A program made the translations under genes and the position numbers. The notes beneath the pieces were generated by a model. The model ran no database searches. It was given only the letters and a program-made list of their open reading frames with translations, and was not told where the DNA came from. This document shows positions 15,306-23,729 of a stretch of DNA of 24,471 nucleotides, one piece after another. Positions within the stretch are counted from its first letter, which is position 1. Each line of letters starts with the position of its first letter. The DNA comes from Trueperaceae bacterium (lineage in GTDB: Bacteria > Deinococcota > Deinococci > Deinococcales > Trueperaceae), in the NCBI GenBank assembly GCA_040905465.1, contig JBBDRK010000036.1, forward strand, positions 1-24,471, in the 5' to 3' direction.

Positions 15306-16547
15306 ATGCGTACGATATCGACGCTGTTGCTCGTTTGGCTACTTTCGGCCGTGACTGCCCAACCCGAGCAGGCGATCCGGGTGCTGGGGCTCGACCTCGA
15401 GAACGCCACCATCCCGACCGACCAGATCTTCAGCGGGGGGCCACCGCCACAGGGCATCCCGGCGATCGGCTTTGCCGGGCTGGAGGGCGTGGCCGGTTCG
15501 ACACCGGCGCCACAGTTCATTGCGCAGGAGGAGGCGGCCGACTGGCTCGCAGAGGTGGAACCGGTGATCGTCGTCACGCTCAACGGCGAGACCAAAGCGT
15601 ACCCGCTGCAGATCCTCACCTGGCACGAGATCGCCAACGACGAGATTGGAGGGGTACCGGTAGCGGTCACCTTTTGTCCTCTCTGTAACAGCGCTCTCGC
15701 CTTCGACCGCCGGGTGCCGGCAGCCCCGGGCGCGGGCGGCACGGAGGACGATGCGGAGCAGAACGACACCGGCACTGAGGACGCAGGAGCAGCCGTGGCG
15801 GAGCCGGCCGACCAGGACACCGAAACGGTGACGTTCGGAGTTTCCGGACTTCTGTACCTTTCCAATCTGTTGATGTTCGACGACAGCACCAACACCCTCT
15901 GGTCTCAGCTCATTGGCGAGGGAGTGGTGGGGACGTACGCGGGCCAGGAACTGACCCGCTACCCTGCTCAGATCATTTCCTTCGAAGAGTTCCGAGACGC
16001 TTTTCCGGACGCCCGGGTGATGTCGCGCCAGACCGGTTTCTCTCGTTCCTACGGTAGCAACCCCTACGCCGGCTACGACGACGCCGACTCGCCGCCGTTC
16101 CTGTTCCGTGGCGATGTCGACGGACGGCTCCCTCCCAAGGCACGCGTTGTGACCATCGATGCGGAGGAGCCGGCGGCTTACCCCTTCGAGCTGCTCGAGT
16201 CGGAAAGGGTGGTGCACGACGAGGTCGCGGGTTCGGAGATCGTCGTCTTCTGGGCCCCGGGGACGGCCTCGGCGTTGGACGCGCGTCAGATCTCCACCAG
16301 CACCGACATCGGGGCGGTGGCGGCGTTCGAACGCTCCATCGGCGACCGGGTCCTGACCTTCGACTGGGACGGCGAGGCGTTCGTCGACCAGGAGACCGGA
16401 ACCCGCTGGAACATCCTGGGGCACGGCCTCGAAGGTCCGCTGGCCGGCGAGGAGCTCGAGCCTGTGGTCCACGACAACACGTTGTGGTTCGCCTGGGCGG
16501 CATTCAGACCGGAAACGCGCATCTATCGGGGGTCCGAGCGACAATGA
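15306..16547 (+). CDS. Secreted DUF3179-domain protein (CxxC)
   Basis: The signal peptide MRTISTLLLVWLLSAVTA-Q starts at ATG 15306. It shows SGGPPPQGIPAI, KAYPLQILTWHEIAND, VTFCPLCNSA, FGVSGLLYLSNLLMFD..T.TLWSQ and LWFAWAAFRPET. Confidence 0.9.
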   Translation: MRTISTLLLVWLLSAVTAQPEQAIRVLGLDLENATIPTDQIFSGGPPPQGIPAIGFAGLEGVAGSTPAPQFIAQEEAADWLAEVEPVIVVTLNGETKAYPLQILTWHEIANDEIGGVPVAVTFCPLCNSALAFDRRVPAAPGAGGTEDDAEQNDTGTEDAGAAVAEPADQDTETVTFGVSGLLYLSNLLMFDDSTNTLWSQLIGEGVVGTYAGQELTRYPAQIISFEEFRDAFPDARVMSRQTGFSRSYGSNPYAGYDDADSPPFLFRGDVDGRLPPKARVVTIDAEEPAAYPFELLESERVVHDEVAGSEIVVFWAPGTASALDARQISTSTDIGAVAAFERSIGDRVLTFDWDGEAFVDQETGTRWNILGHGLEGPLAGEELEPVVHDNTLWFAWAAFRPETRIYRGSERQ

Positions 16548-16627
16548 TTCCGGCGCGGCCCCGGAGAAGATGGCGCACGGCGTCCCGGGGTCACGAGCTT
16601 CTCCTCCGAGTGCCGTGCTGACGCTAG

Positions 16628-18460
16628 TCAGCTACGGCTCGAGAAGCGGTCGAGGGCGCGGTCGAGGTTGAAGGCCGCGCTGATCAGCCCCAAGTGGGTG
16701 AACGCCTGCGGGTAGTTGCCGAGCGCCTCTCCGCAGCGCCCGGTCTGTTCGGCGAACAGTCCGAGATGGTTGCCGTACCCCAGCATCTGCTCGAAGGTTA
16801 GGCGAGCGCGCTCCAGTCTCTCACGGTCGACCCGGCCCGCTCGGGTAAGAGCCTCCACCAACCAGAACGTGCAGATGTTGAAGGTGCCCTCCTCGCCTGA
16901 GAGTCCATCGGCCGATTCGCTGAGGTTGTAGCGGTAGACGAGGCTGTTGCTGACCAGTCCGCCCGACTCGGGCGGCTGCGATATAGCGTCGATGGTTCCC
17001 AGCATCCGCCGGTCTACGGGTGAGATGAACAGTACCAGCGGCATCATGAGCACGGCGGCGTCCAGCGCTTCGCCCCCGAAGCTCTGCACGAACGACTTCC
17101 GCTTTTCGCTCCATCCGCGCGTCATTATCTCCTGGTAGATCTCGTCTCGTGTTCGCAACCAGCGAGCGCGATCGGCAGGCAGTGAACGCTTGTCGGCCAG
17201 CCGCAACCCGCGGTCGACGGCCACCCAGCACATCAGTTTCGAGTAGACGTAGTCCTGCCGTCCAGCCCGGCTCTCCCAGACCCCCTCGTCCTTGCGGCGC
17301 CAGTTGTCGCAGACCCAGTCGACGAACATGCGCACCGAACCCCACAGGTCGTAGCTGATGGGTGCCCCGTACTTGTCGTAGAGGTAGACCGCATCGATCA
17401 GTTCGCCGTAGATGTCGAGCTGGAGCTGTTTGTGGGCGCCGTTGCCGACCCGAACCGGTTTGGAGCCGCGGTATCCGTCCAGGTGGTCGAGAGTCTCCTC
17501 GCTGAGGTCGGTCCGGCCGTCGATCCCGTACATTATCTGAAGCGGCCCATCGCCCGCGCTGGACTCCTGGCAAACCCCCGCCAGGAACTCCATGAACTCC
17601 CGCGCCTCCTCGGTGAATCCGATCCGCAGGAACCCGTAGAGGGTGAAAGCGGCGTCACGGATCCAGGTATAGCGGTAGTCCCAGTTGCGCACCCCGTCCA
17701 CGCCTTCCGGCAGGCTGCAGGTGGGCGCCGCCACTATCGCTCCGGTGGGTTGGTAGGTGAGCAGTTTGAGGGCCAGGGCAGAACGGTGGACGTATTCCCG
17801 CCAGCGGCCGGCGTAGCTACAGCCATCCAACCAATCGCGCCAGTAATCCACGGTTTTACGAAACAGCGCCTCGGCCTCGGCTGGAGAAGGAGCCTCGTGG
17901 CACTCCTGATCCGGCCCGAGCTCCTCCAGCAGGAATGTTGCGGAGTGTCCCTGTTCGAGCGTGAGCTCCGCCTCGACTCCGCCCTCGCAACGCTTCACCG
18001 GAACCGGGCAGCTAAGTCCAAGTGAAAGCTGACGACTCCGAAAGCAGGCACCGCTCCCCTGCAACTGCACTTCGTGTTCGTCGCGCCCGTAATCGAACGC
18101 CGGCAGGCAGCGCATACTGAAACTCACCGTGCCGCTGGCGGCCTCGACGGTTCGCACGATTCGTCTGCGGTCGCCGCCGACAGGCATGTAATCGGTAACC
18201 TCACCGACTCCCTCGCGCGACATGAACCTGGTCACCAGAATGTTCGTGCCCGGCCAGTAGAACTGCTTGGTCGCATTGCCCTCGGCCAGAGATTGGAGCT
18301 CGAAGCGCCCGCCCTTGCGGTCATCGAGAATCGCCCCGAAGACGCTGCCGGAGTCGAAGCGCGGCAGACAGCACCAGTCGATGGTGCCGTTGGTGTCGAC
18401 CAGCGCCAAACTGTGCATGTCGCCGATCGCACCGTGATTCTCTATCGCCTGATAGGCCAT
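16628..18460 (-). CDS. Glycoside hydrolase family 15 (trehalase/glucoamylase-like)
   Basis: A GGAGG SD precedes the ATG at 18460. It shows [45 protein letters not shown] and [13 protein letters not shown]. Confidence 0.96.
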   Translation of the reverse strand: MAYQAIENHGAIGDMHSLALVDTNGTIDWCCLPRFDSGSVFGAILDDRKGGRFELQSLAEGNATKQFYWPGTNILVTRFMSREGVGEVTDYMPVGGDRRRIVRTVEAASGTVSFSMRCLPAFDYGRDEHEVQLQGSGACFRSRQLSLGLSCPVPVKRCEGGVEAELTLEQGHSATFLLEELGPDQECHEAPSPAEAEALFRKTVDYWRDWLDGCSYAGRWREYVHRSALALKLLTYQPTGAIVAAPTCSLPEGVDGVRNWDYRYTWIRDAAFTLYGFLRIGFTEEAREFMEFLAGVCQESSAGDGPLQIMYGIDGRTDLSEETLDHLDGYRGSKPVRVGNGAHKQLQLDIYGELIDAVYLYDKYGAPISYDLWGSVRMFVDWVCDNWRRKDEGVWESRAGRQDYVYSKLMCWVAVDRGLRLADKRSLPADRARWLRTRDEIYQEIMTRGWSEKRKSFVQSFGGEALDAAVLMMPLVLFISPVDRRMLGTIDAISQPPESGGLVSNSLVYRYNLSESADGLSGEEGTFNICTFWLVEALTRAGRVDRERLERARLTFEQMLGYGNHLGLFAEQTGRCGEALGNYPQAFTHLGLISAAFNLDRALDRFSSRS

Positions 18461-18561
18461 ATACCTCCCGTGACGGCTGGCTCGCAAGGTTCTGCCCGAC
18501 TAGCCGTTCCAGGTCCTGGCGGTCGTATGGGCCCGTGGCGGAATAGCCGTCTCCGGGCGCC

Positions 18562-19431
18562 TCAACTCCTGGCCGCCACGCCACTCAGCAAGCCGCCCAC
18601 GGTCAACCAGTAGTAGACGATATAGCTTCCCGCCAGCAGCAGCAGCGCGGCGCTTACCGGTGCGATGTAGGGCACCGCCCGGCGGATCCTGTTCACCAGG
18701 GCATTCTGGAACACGGCAATGCTCAGCGTCAGCAACGTGATCACCAATCCCATGCCGACACCGTAGAGGAGGAGTTGCAGAACGGTGGCGGGCAGCGTCG
18801 TGAGGGTGAGCGTGCTGCCGAGAACCGCCAGGAAAATAGGCAGGGTGCAACTGAGCGAGGCGAGGCCGTAGGCGAGGCCGAAAGTGAAGTACCGGCCCGG
18901 GCCTTCGCCAGCGACGCCGGCCAGCGGCGTAGACAGTCGCTCTCCAAAGCGGGCATACATGGTGCCACCGGCGGCGAGCCAGGCGCCCGCCAGGATCAGC
19001 AGCACGCCGGTTGCGAAGCCGAGCCAGGGAAAACTGCCGGCCAGCCAGCGAGCGCCGGCGGAGATGGTGAGTCCCACGGCCCCGAACAGCAGTATGAAGC
19101 CGGCGGTGACCGCGACGCTGACGAACAAGGCCCGACGCAATCGGCCCAGCTGAGACTCCTTTTTGTCACTGGTGCCGGACAGGAAGAGTGCCAGGAAAGC
19201 GGGCAGCATGGCGAAGCCGCACGGGTTTGCCGCCGACACCATGCCCGCGCCGAACGCGAAACCGAAGGGGAGAAGAGTTGCGACCCGGTCGAGAACGGCG
19301 CTCGATGATCCCGACAGCGACTCCACGCCCACCACCAGGGCGCCAGATCCGCGGCCGGTCAGCAATGCAGCGACCACCGCCGCTATCGCGGCCAAGCCGG
19401 CCAGCACTACGAAGACGGTAGCTCGTTGCAT
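18562..19431 (-). CDS. ccdA: CcdA/DsbD-beta-family transmembrane electron transporter
   Basis: It is a polytopic membrane protein with AGMVSAANPCGFAMLP and SLSCTLP, the two redox Cys. The start is ATG 19431 or GTG 19446. Confidence 0.9.
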   Translation of the reverse strand: MQRATVFVVLAGLAAIAAVVAALLTGRGSGALVVGVESLSGSSSAVLDRVATLLPFGFAFGAGMVSAANPCGFAMLPAFLALFLSGTSDKKESQLGRLRRALFVSVAVTAGFILLFGAVGLTISAGARWLAGSFPWLGFATGVLLILAGAWLAAGGTMYARFGERLSTPLAGVAGEGPGRYFTFGLAYGLASLSCTLPIFLAVLGSTLTLTTLPATVLQLLLYGVGMGLVITLLTLSIAVFQNALVNRIRRAVPYIAPVSAALLLLAGSYIVYYWLTVGGLLSGVAARS

Positions 19432-19450
19432 ACGCGAGAGTGCCACGGGG

Positions 19451-20020
19451 TTACTCGCCGTCGGCGAGGAGGGTCTGGATCTCCTTGCGCAATCGGTCTT
19501 CGGGAAGGTAACCAGTGTGCTTGCCGGCGATGGTGCCATTGCGGTCGAAGAAGATGGTGGTGGGCATGCCACGCACTTCGAAGTCGCGAACAGGGCTGTC
19601 ACTCAGGGCGTAATAGGTGGGATAGTCGATCTCGAACTCGGCCAGGAACTCCCTGGCCTGGGCGTGGGATCCGAGACCGATGAAGGGCCCGATATCCACC
19701 CCTACCAGGGTGAACTCCTCACCCAACTCGTCGTGGATTCGTTGGAACCCGGGCATCTCCTGCCGGCACGGCGGACAAAGTGCCGCCCAGAAGTTGAGTA
19801 CCACCGGCTCACCGTTTCCCAACAGTTCGCCGAAGGTCAACTCTTTGGCTGCCTGGCCCTCACCTGTGTAAGGCACCATCGAGAAGTCGGGCGGACCGCC
19901 CTGCGGGGAGGACTTGACGGCCACGAAAACAGTGACCAACGTGATCACGGCCAGCACCGCCACGACCGTGAGAGTTCCCTTCCGATTTCCGCGTTTTCTG
20001 CGCGACTTCGGCTTGCTCAT
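19451..20020 (-). CDS. TlpA/ResA-family membrane-anchored thiol-disulfide oxidoreductase
   Basis: A GGAGGAGG SD precedes the ATG at 20020. It has a basic N-terminus plus a TM helix, PVVLNFWAALCPPCRQEMP and VRGMPTTIFFD. Confidence 0.93.
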   Translation of the reverse strand: MSKPKSRRKRGNRKGTLTVVAVLAVITLVTVFVAVKSSPQGGPPDFSMVPYTGEGQAAKELTFGELLGNGEPVVLNFWAALCPPCRQEMPGFQRIHDELGEEFTLVGVDIGPFIGLGSHAQAREFLAEFEIDYPTYYALSDSPVRDFEVRGMPTTIFFDRNGTIAGKHTGYLPEDRLRKEIQTLLADGE

Positions 20021-20202
20021 CGCACCTCCTCCTCGAGTCCGGGCAAGCCTACGGCAGCACCGGCGAGCCGTCGGTCTAGCGGTTGACTTGCAGTCGAGGT
20101 CGACGAGAAGTACGTCGCGGGCGCGGTTCGAGGGATGAGAGGCAATGGTGGCGCCGGTTACGGGGCAATCCCGGCACCGGCAAATCGTGGCGAAAGCCGC
20201 GC

Positions 20203-20430
20203 TCAGGCGCGAGCTATCACGATGCGCCACTCCGAGGAACCGACCTCCACAACCTCCAACACCTCGTGGCCGGCGCTCTCGGCCCAGCGAGTGATGTTGT
20301 CGAGTGCCAGGGGATAGTCGATCAGTACTTCCAGACGGCTGCCGGAGGCGAGCGCCTCGAGCTTCTTGCGAGCCTCGAACAGCGGGTAGGGGCAGATCTC
20401 GCCGCGGACGTCCAGGGTCTCTTGGGTCAT
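20203..20430 (-). CDS. TusA/SirA/YeeD-family sulfur carrier protein
   Basis: It is 75 aa from ATG 20430, with LDVRGEICPYP (CPxP motif), LEVLID and DNITRWA. It lies directly downstream of a YeeE gene. Confidence 0.93.
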   Translation of the reverse strand: MTQETLDVRGEICPYPLFEARKKLEALASGSRLEVLIDYPLALDNITRWAESAGHEVLEVVEVGSSEWRIVIARA

Positions 20431-20444
20431 GTCGGTATCGTAGC

Positions 20445-21470
20445 TCAATCTCCCGTGATCGCCGGCTGCGACTGCCGCTGAAATTGCCGCGCCGGCCTCA
20501 CGAACAGCCACCAGGAGGTAGCCCAGGCACCGAAGATGATGCTTGCCGTGGTCACCACGCTGGCCACCGAGAGCACGGACAGTCCGGTGAGGCTATGACC
20601 GATGGTGCAGCCTCCGGCGAGCTGCGCACCCAGGCCCATCATGAGTCCGCCGATTGCCGACTGCAGCAACCGCTCGCCCTTGGGAACCCGCCAGCGCAGC
20701 TCCTTGTGACTCGCCGCCGAAACGAAGGCACCCAGGAACAGGCCGACGATAAGGAATGCGCCCCAGTCGAGCGCCAATCCGCCCAGGAAGATGCCCTCGA
20801 ACCACACCCGCAGCGGCCCGGTCATGGACAGGCCGAAGTCGCGCCCGCTTGCCGCCGAACTCAGCCAGGCAGCGATACCCACGAATCCCAGAGTGAGACC
20901 TGAACGCTGCCAGCTCCAGCCGCCGCTGCGATATTTGCTTCCTCCGCTCCTGAAAAGCCACCAGCCCGCAGCCACCACCAGCGGAACCACGACCAGCCAC
21001 GAGTTGACGCCCAGCAGGTTGGCGAGCGTCAGCGACTCCCCGTCGGCGCCGATGACTCCGTTCTGCAGGGCCCGTTGTAGCGGCGCCAGTGCGCCGCGGT
21101 CCATCACCAGCAGTCCCGCACCGAAGGCGAGCAGGGCCAGGAGTGAACCCGACATGCCCTCCCCTACCCGGTAACAGGTGCCGCTGGAGCAGCCTCCTGC
21201 CAGCACCATGCCGGCGCCGAAGACCAGGCCGCCGAGCAGGTTGGCCGCCCACCAGAATGGCGGCACGCTGATCGGCAACAGTCCCAGGCTGTTCAGCGCG
21301 GTCACGCCCACCAGTTGCACCAGGACCGCCAGCGCCCACGCTCGGAACATGGTGCTGTCGGCGGTGAGCAGGACATCACGGAAGCCGGTGTTGCTGCAGA
21401 ACCGGCCACGCTGAAGCGCATAACCGAAGGCCAAGCCCACGGCCAGGCCCGAAATGACCAAGATTGCCAT
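20445..21470 (-). CDS. YeeE/YedE-family sulfur-compound (thiosulfate-type) transporter
   Basis: It is polytopic with three conserved Cys motifs: LQRGRFC, GMVLAGGCSSG and LAGGCTIGH. A GAGGAG SD precedes the start. Confidence 0.94.
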   Translation of the reverse strand: MAILVISGLAVGLAFGYALQRGRFCSNTGFRDVLLTADSTMFRAWALAVLVQLVGVTALNSLGLLPISVPPFWWAANLLGGLVFGAGMVLAGGCSSGTCYRVGEGMSGSLLALLAFGAGLLVMDRGALAPLQRALQNGVIGADGESLTLANLLGVNSWLVVVPLVVAAGWWLFRSGGSKYRSGGWSWQRSGLTLGFVGIAAWLSSAASGRDFGLSMTGPLRVWFEGIFLGGLALDWGAFLIVGLFLGAFVSAASHKELRWRVPKGERLLQSAIGGLMMGLGAQLAGGCTIGHSLTGLSVLSVASVVTTASIIFGAWATSWWLFVRPARQFQRQSQPAITGD

Positions 21471-21479
21471 CTTTTCTCC

Positions 21480-22388
21480 TCAGCGCCAGCAGACGCTGCT
21501 CGTTCGAGTGCTGGTGGCGGCGGGAGTCGACGTCTCCGAGATGGCGAAGCCCTCCTCCACCAATGCCGGGTACGGGTCTCCCAGTACGTGTATGTGCTCG
21601 ACCCCGTAGGCGGCCAGGACCAACCAGGCCAGAGCGGCCTGACCGGGAGTCGCTCCGTATACGAGGGGGTGGGTATCACGGGTGATCCGAGCCGGACCCA
21701 GCGAGCGGGACAGGACCGAGTACCGAGGCGGATCTCCGCCGGCGAGCAGCTCACTCACCGGCACATTCACGGCGCCCTCCAGGTGCCCTCCGAGATAACC
21801 CTCCCGCGCGCGTACGTCGATAGGAGCCACCTCGTTGGCGGCGATGTGGGCGTGCGCCTCTGCCGGCTCTACAACGAGCCGGCGATCGAACTCGAGCTCA
21901 ACCGGGCTGGCCTCCTGCTCGGGCGCGTAAGTCGTGCTCAACTCACCGCCTCTTGCGCTCCACGCCTGTACTCCGCCGGCCAGGAAGCGGGCGTCGAAGC
22001 CGAAGGCGCGCAGGACCAGCACCACCAGGGCCGCCTCTTCCCCGTCGCCGTCGTCATAAACCATGACCATGGCGCCCGGCTCGAGCCTCAACGGCCGTAC
22101 CGCTCGCTCCAGCTCCTCGGAGTCGGCCAGTGAGCCGGCGCTCTCCTCGAACGAGAGCAGATCCCGAGACCACAGGTGCCGGGCGCCCGGCAGGTGGCCG
22201 CGGCCAAAGGCCAGCGGACCACGTGCGTCGACCAGCGCGGCGGAGTCCGGGATTTCGCGCGCGATCAGCGCGTTGGCGTTGGGAAGGGGCCGATTCAGCT
22301 GCCACAGCCCCAAGCCGGCCGCGCCCAGAAGCAACGCAGCAAGCGCTATCTCGATCCCGACGGCGACCAATCCACGCCCGCTTCTCAT
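21480..22388 (-). CDS. Membrane-anchored tandem-rhodanese protein lacking an active-site Cys, with a single Cys on the C-terminal tail
   Basis: It has an N-terminal TM helix. Domain 1 reads VDAR..GHLPGA..VYDDGDG..LAGGVQAW and domain 2 reads IDVR..GHLEGA..VYGATPGQA. The tail is ETSTPAATSTRTSSVCWR. Confidence 0.85.
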   Translation of the reverse strand: MRSGRGLVAVGIEIALAALLLGAAGLGLWQLNRPLPNANALIAREIPDSAALVDARGPLAFGRGHLPGARHLWSRDLLSFEESAGSLADSEELERAVRPLRLEPGAMVMVYDDGDGEEAALVVLVLRAFGFDARFLAGGVQAWSARGGELSTTYAPEQEASPVELEFDRRLVVEPAEAHAHIAANEVAPIDVRAREGYLGGHLEGAVNVPVSELLAGGDPPRYSVLSRSLGPARITRDTHPLVYGATPGQAALAWLVLAAYGVEHIHVLGDPYPALVEEGFAISETSTPAATSTRTSSVCWR

Positions 22389-22535
22389 CGAACCGCCTTC
22401 AAGATCTCTTCACCGTTCAACCTGTGAGTCGCTTCCCGGAGTGCCGGAGCCTTCCGGCAATTCCGTTTCCACATCGTGGCCCGCTTCCAATCGCCTGCTC
22501 GTAGTTGCTCGAGCCCTGTCGCTCACTGCTTCGAC

Positions 22536-23729
22536 TCAAACCGGCCCGCAGCACCGGTCTGGGCAGCCCGCCGGGAAGGTGCGGCCCCCGGCCATCGCCA
22601 CACCCAACCGATGACCAGCGGCCTCGCGCTCGGGCAGCGCCGTGTTCAAGTTCACTACGCCCATCGGTCTGGCGCCGACCGGCAAGAGCTCGACGAGTTC
22701 GAACCCCGGCACGCTGACCACCGCTACCGCGTCGCGACCCGGCAAAGGCACGAAGAAGTGTTCGCCCTGACTGCCGAAGACGAAGCTACCGGTAAGCGGG
22801 TTGCTGCCCTCGGGGAACGAGACGTTGCCGACTACCTGATAACTGCTGGTGTCGACGATCGAGAGCTCAGAGGAGTCACGGCAGATAACCAGTCCGAAAC
22901 GGCCGTCGAGCGTGAACTCGCTCGTTATGGCACCGACACCCAGCCCATCGTCGGGGGTCAGCCTGGCAACTTCCAGGGGATTTGCCGGGTCCGAGAGGTC
23001 GAAGATCGACTCGCTTCCGGTCGTCGATCCGCCCTCGACCTTGGCGTTCTCTACGAAGAGGACGTTTCCGGTTGGCGAGACGGTCGCCATATACGGTTCG
23101 ACGGCAGCGCCGTTCAGCGACTCGACCGGGACGACCGTCGCCCGCTCGAACGGATCCAGCCTGACGGCCGTTATGGTATCGCCGCCGCGATCGGGGGCGT
23201 AAGCGAAGGCGCCGTCGGCCGTCACCGTCATGTCACAGGGGCTTGCTCCACCATAGGTGTCGAACTCAGCCGCGACCTCACCGAAGTCGTCGGCGGTCGG
23301 ATCGGCGGACACCTTCAGGAAGCGGTCGGCAAAGCGCGCCGCCACGATGAGGTGATTGCCGTCCGGCGCAAGTTCGGTGTAGTTCTGGCCCGAGCCGGTA
23401 GGAAGTTCGAGCACGCTCTCGCCTGTGGAGAGACGCCAAGCGTGCACGGCCTCGTTCGGTCCGCCCGCCCAGATGAGATCACGCTCAAAGTCCCAACGAG
23501 TGGCCGGAAACGAGTAGCTTCCAGCCAGCGGAACCGTCGCCAGCACGGTGAGGTTGTCCGGGTCGATGAGGCTGACGCTGGGAGCCACTCCGGCCGAACC
23601 GTCCCCGGCATTCGACACCACCAGCAGGTCACGCGCTTCACCCTGCGCGAGAGCGAACCCACGCCACTGGCCAAGTGCGACGGCCAGGCCGCTGGCGGCG
23701 GTGAGCTTGAGGAAAGTACGTCGTTTCAT
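22536..23729 (-). CDS. Tat-exported YncE/YVTN-like beta-propeller with a Cys-rich C-terminal tail
   Basis: It has a Tat motif (KRRTFLK) and an ALA cleavage site. Propeller blades include VSLID, LAPDG, VTADG, VSPTG, FTLDG and LPVGARPMGV. It ends GCPDRCCGPV. Confidence 0.82.
   Translation of the reverse strand: MKRRTFLKLTAASGLAVALGQWRGFALAQGEARDLLVVSNAGDGSAGVAPSVSLIDPDNLTVLATVPLAGSYSFPATRWDFERDLIWAGGPNEAVHAWRLSTGESVLELPTGSGQNYTELAPDGNHLIVAARFADRFLKVSADPTADDFGEVAAEFDTYGGASPCDMTVTADGAFAYAPDRGGDTITAVRLDPFERATVVPVESLNGAAVEPYMATVSPTGNVLFVENAKVEGGSTTGSESIFDLSDPANPLEVARLTPDDGLGVGAITSEFTLDGRFGLVICRDSSELSIVDTSSYQVVGNVSFPEGSNPLTGSFVFGSQGEHFFVPLPGRDAVAVVSVPGFELVELLPVGARPMGVVNLNTALPEREAAGHRLGVAMAGGRTFPAGCPDRCCGPV

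Noticed and set aside
15339-16544. Long antisense ORFs (e.g. 15339..16544, 22476..23795, 7142..8029, 3276..3992, 19163..20086, 509..1138)
   Set aside because: These are shadow frames opposite well-supported genes, expected from GC-rich codon bias. The His-rich 509..1138 ORF is just the antisense of the Met codons.
20130-20200. GGGATTGCCCCGTAACCGG stem resembling part of a cobalamin riboswitch
   Set aside because: The other conserved riboswitch elements are missing and the downstream genes are unrelated to B12. It is likely an ordinary hairpin.
22410-22538. Readthrough or Sec at the propeller TGA into about 40 further open codons
   Set aside because: The extension is featureless, no convincing SECIS-like hairpin was recognised, and open stretches like this are common in GC-rich DNA.
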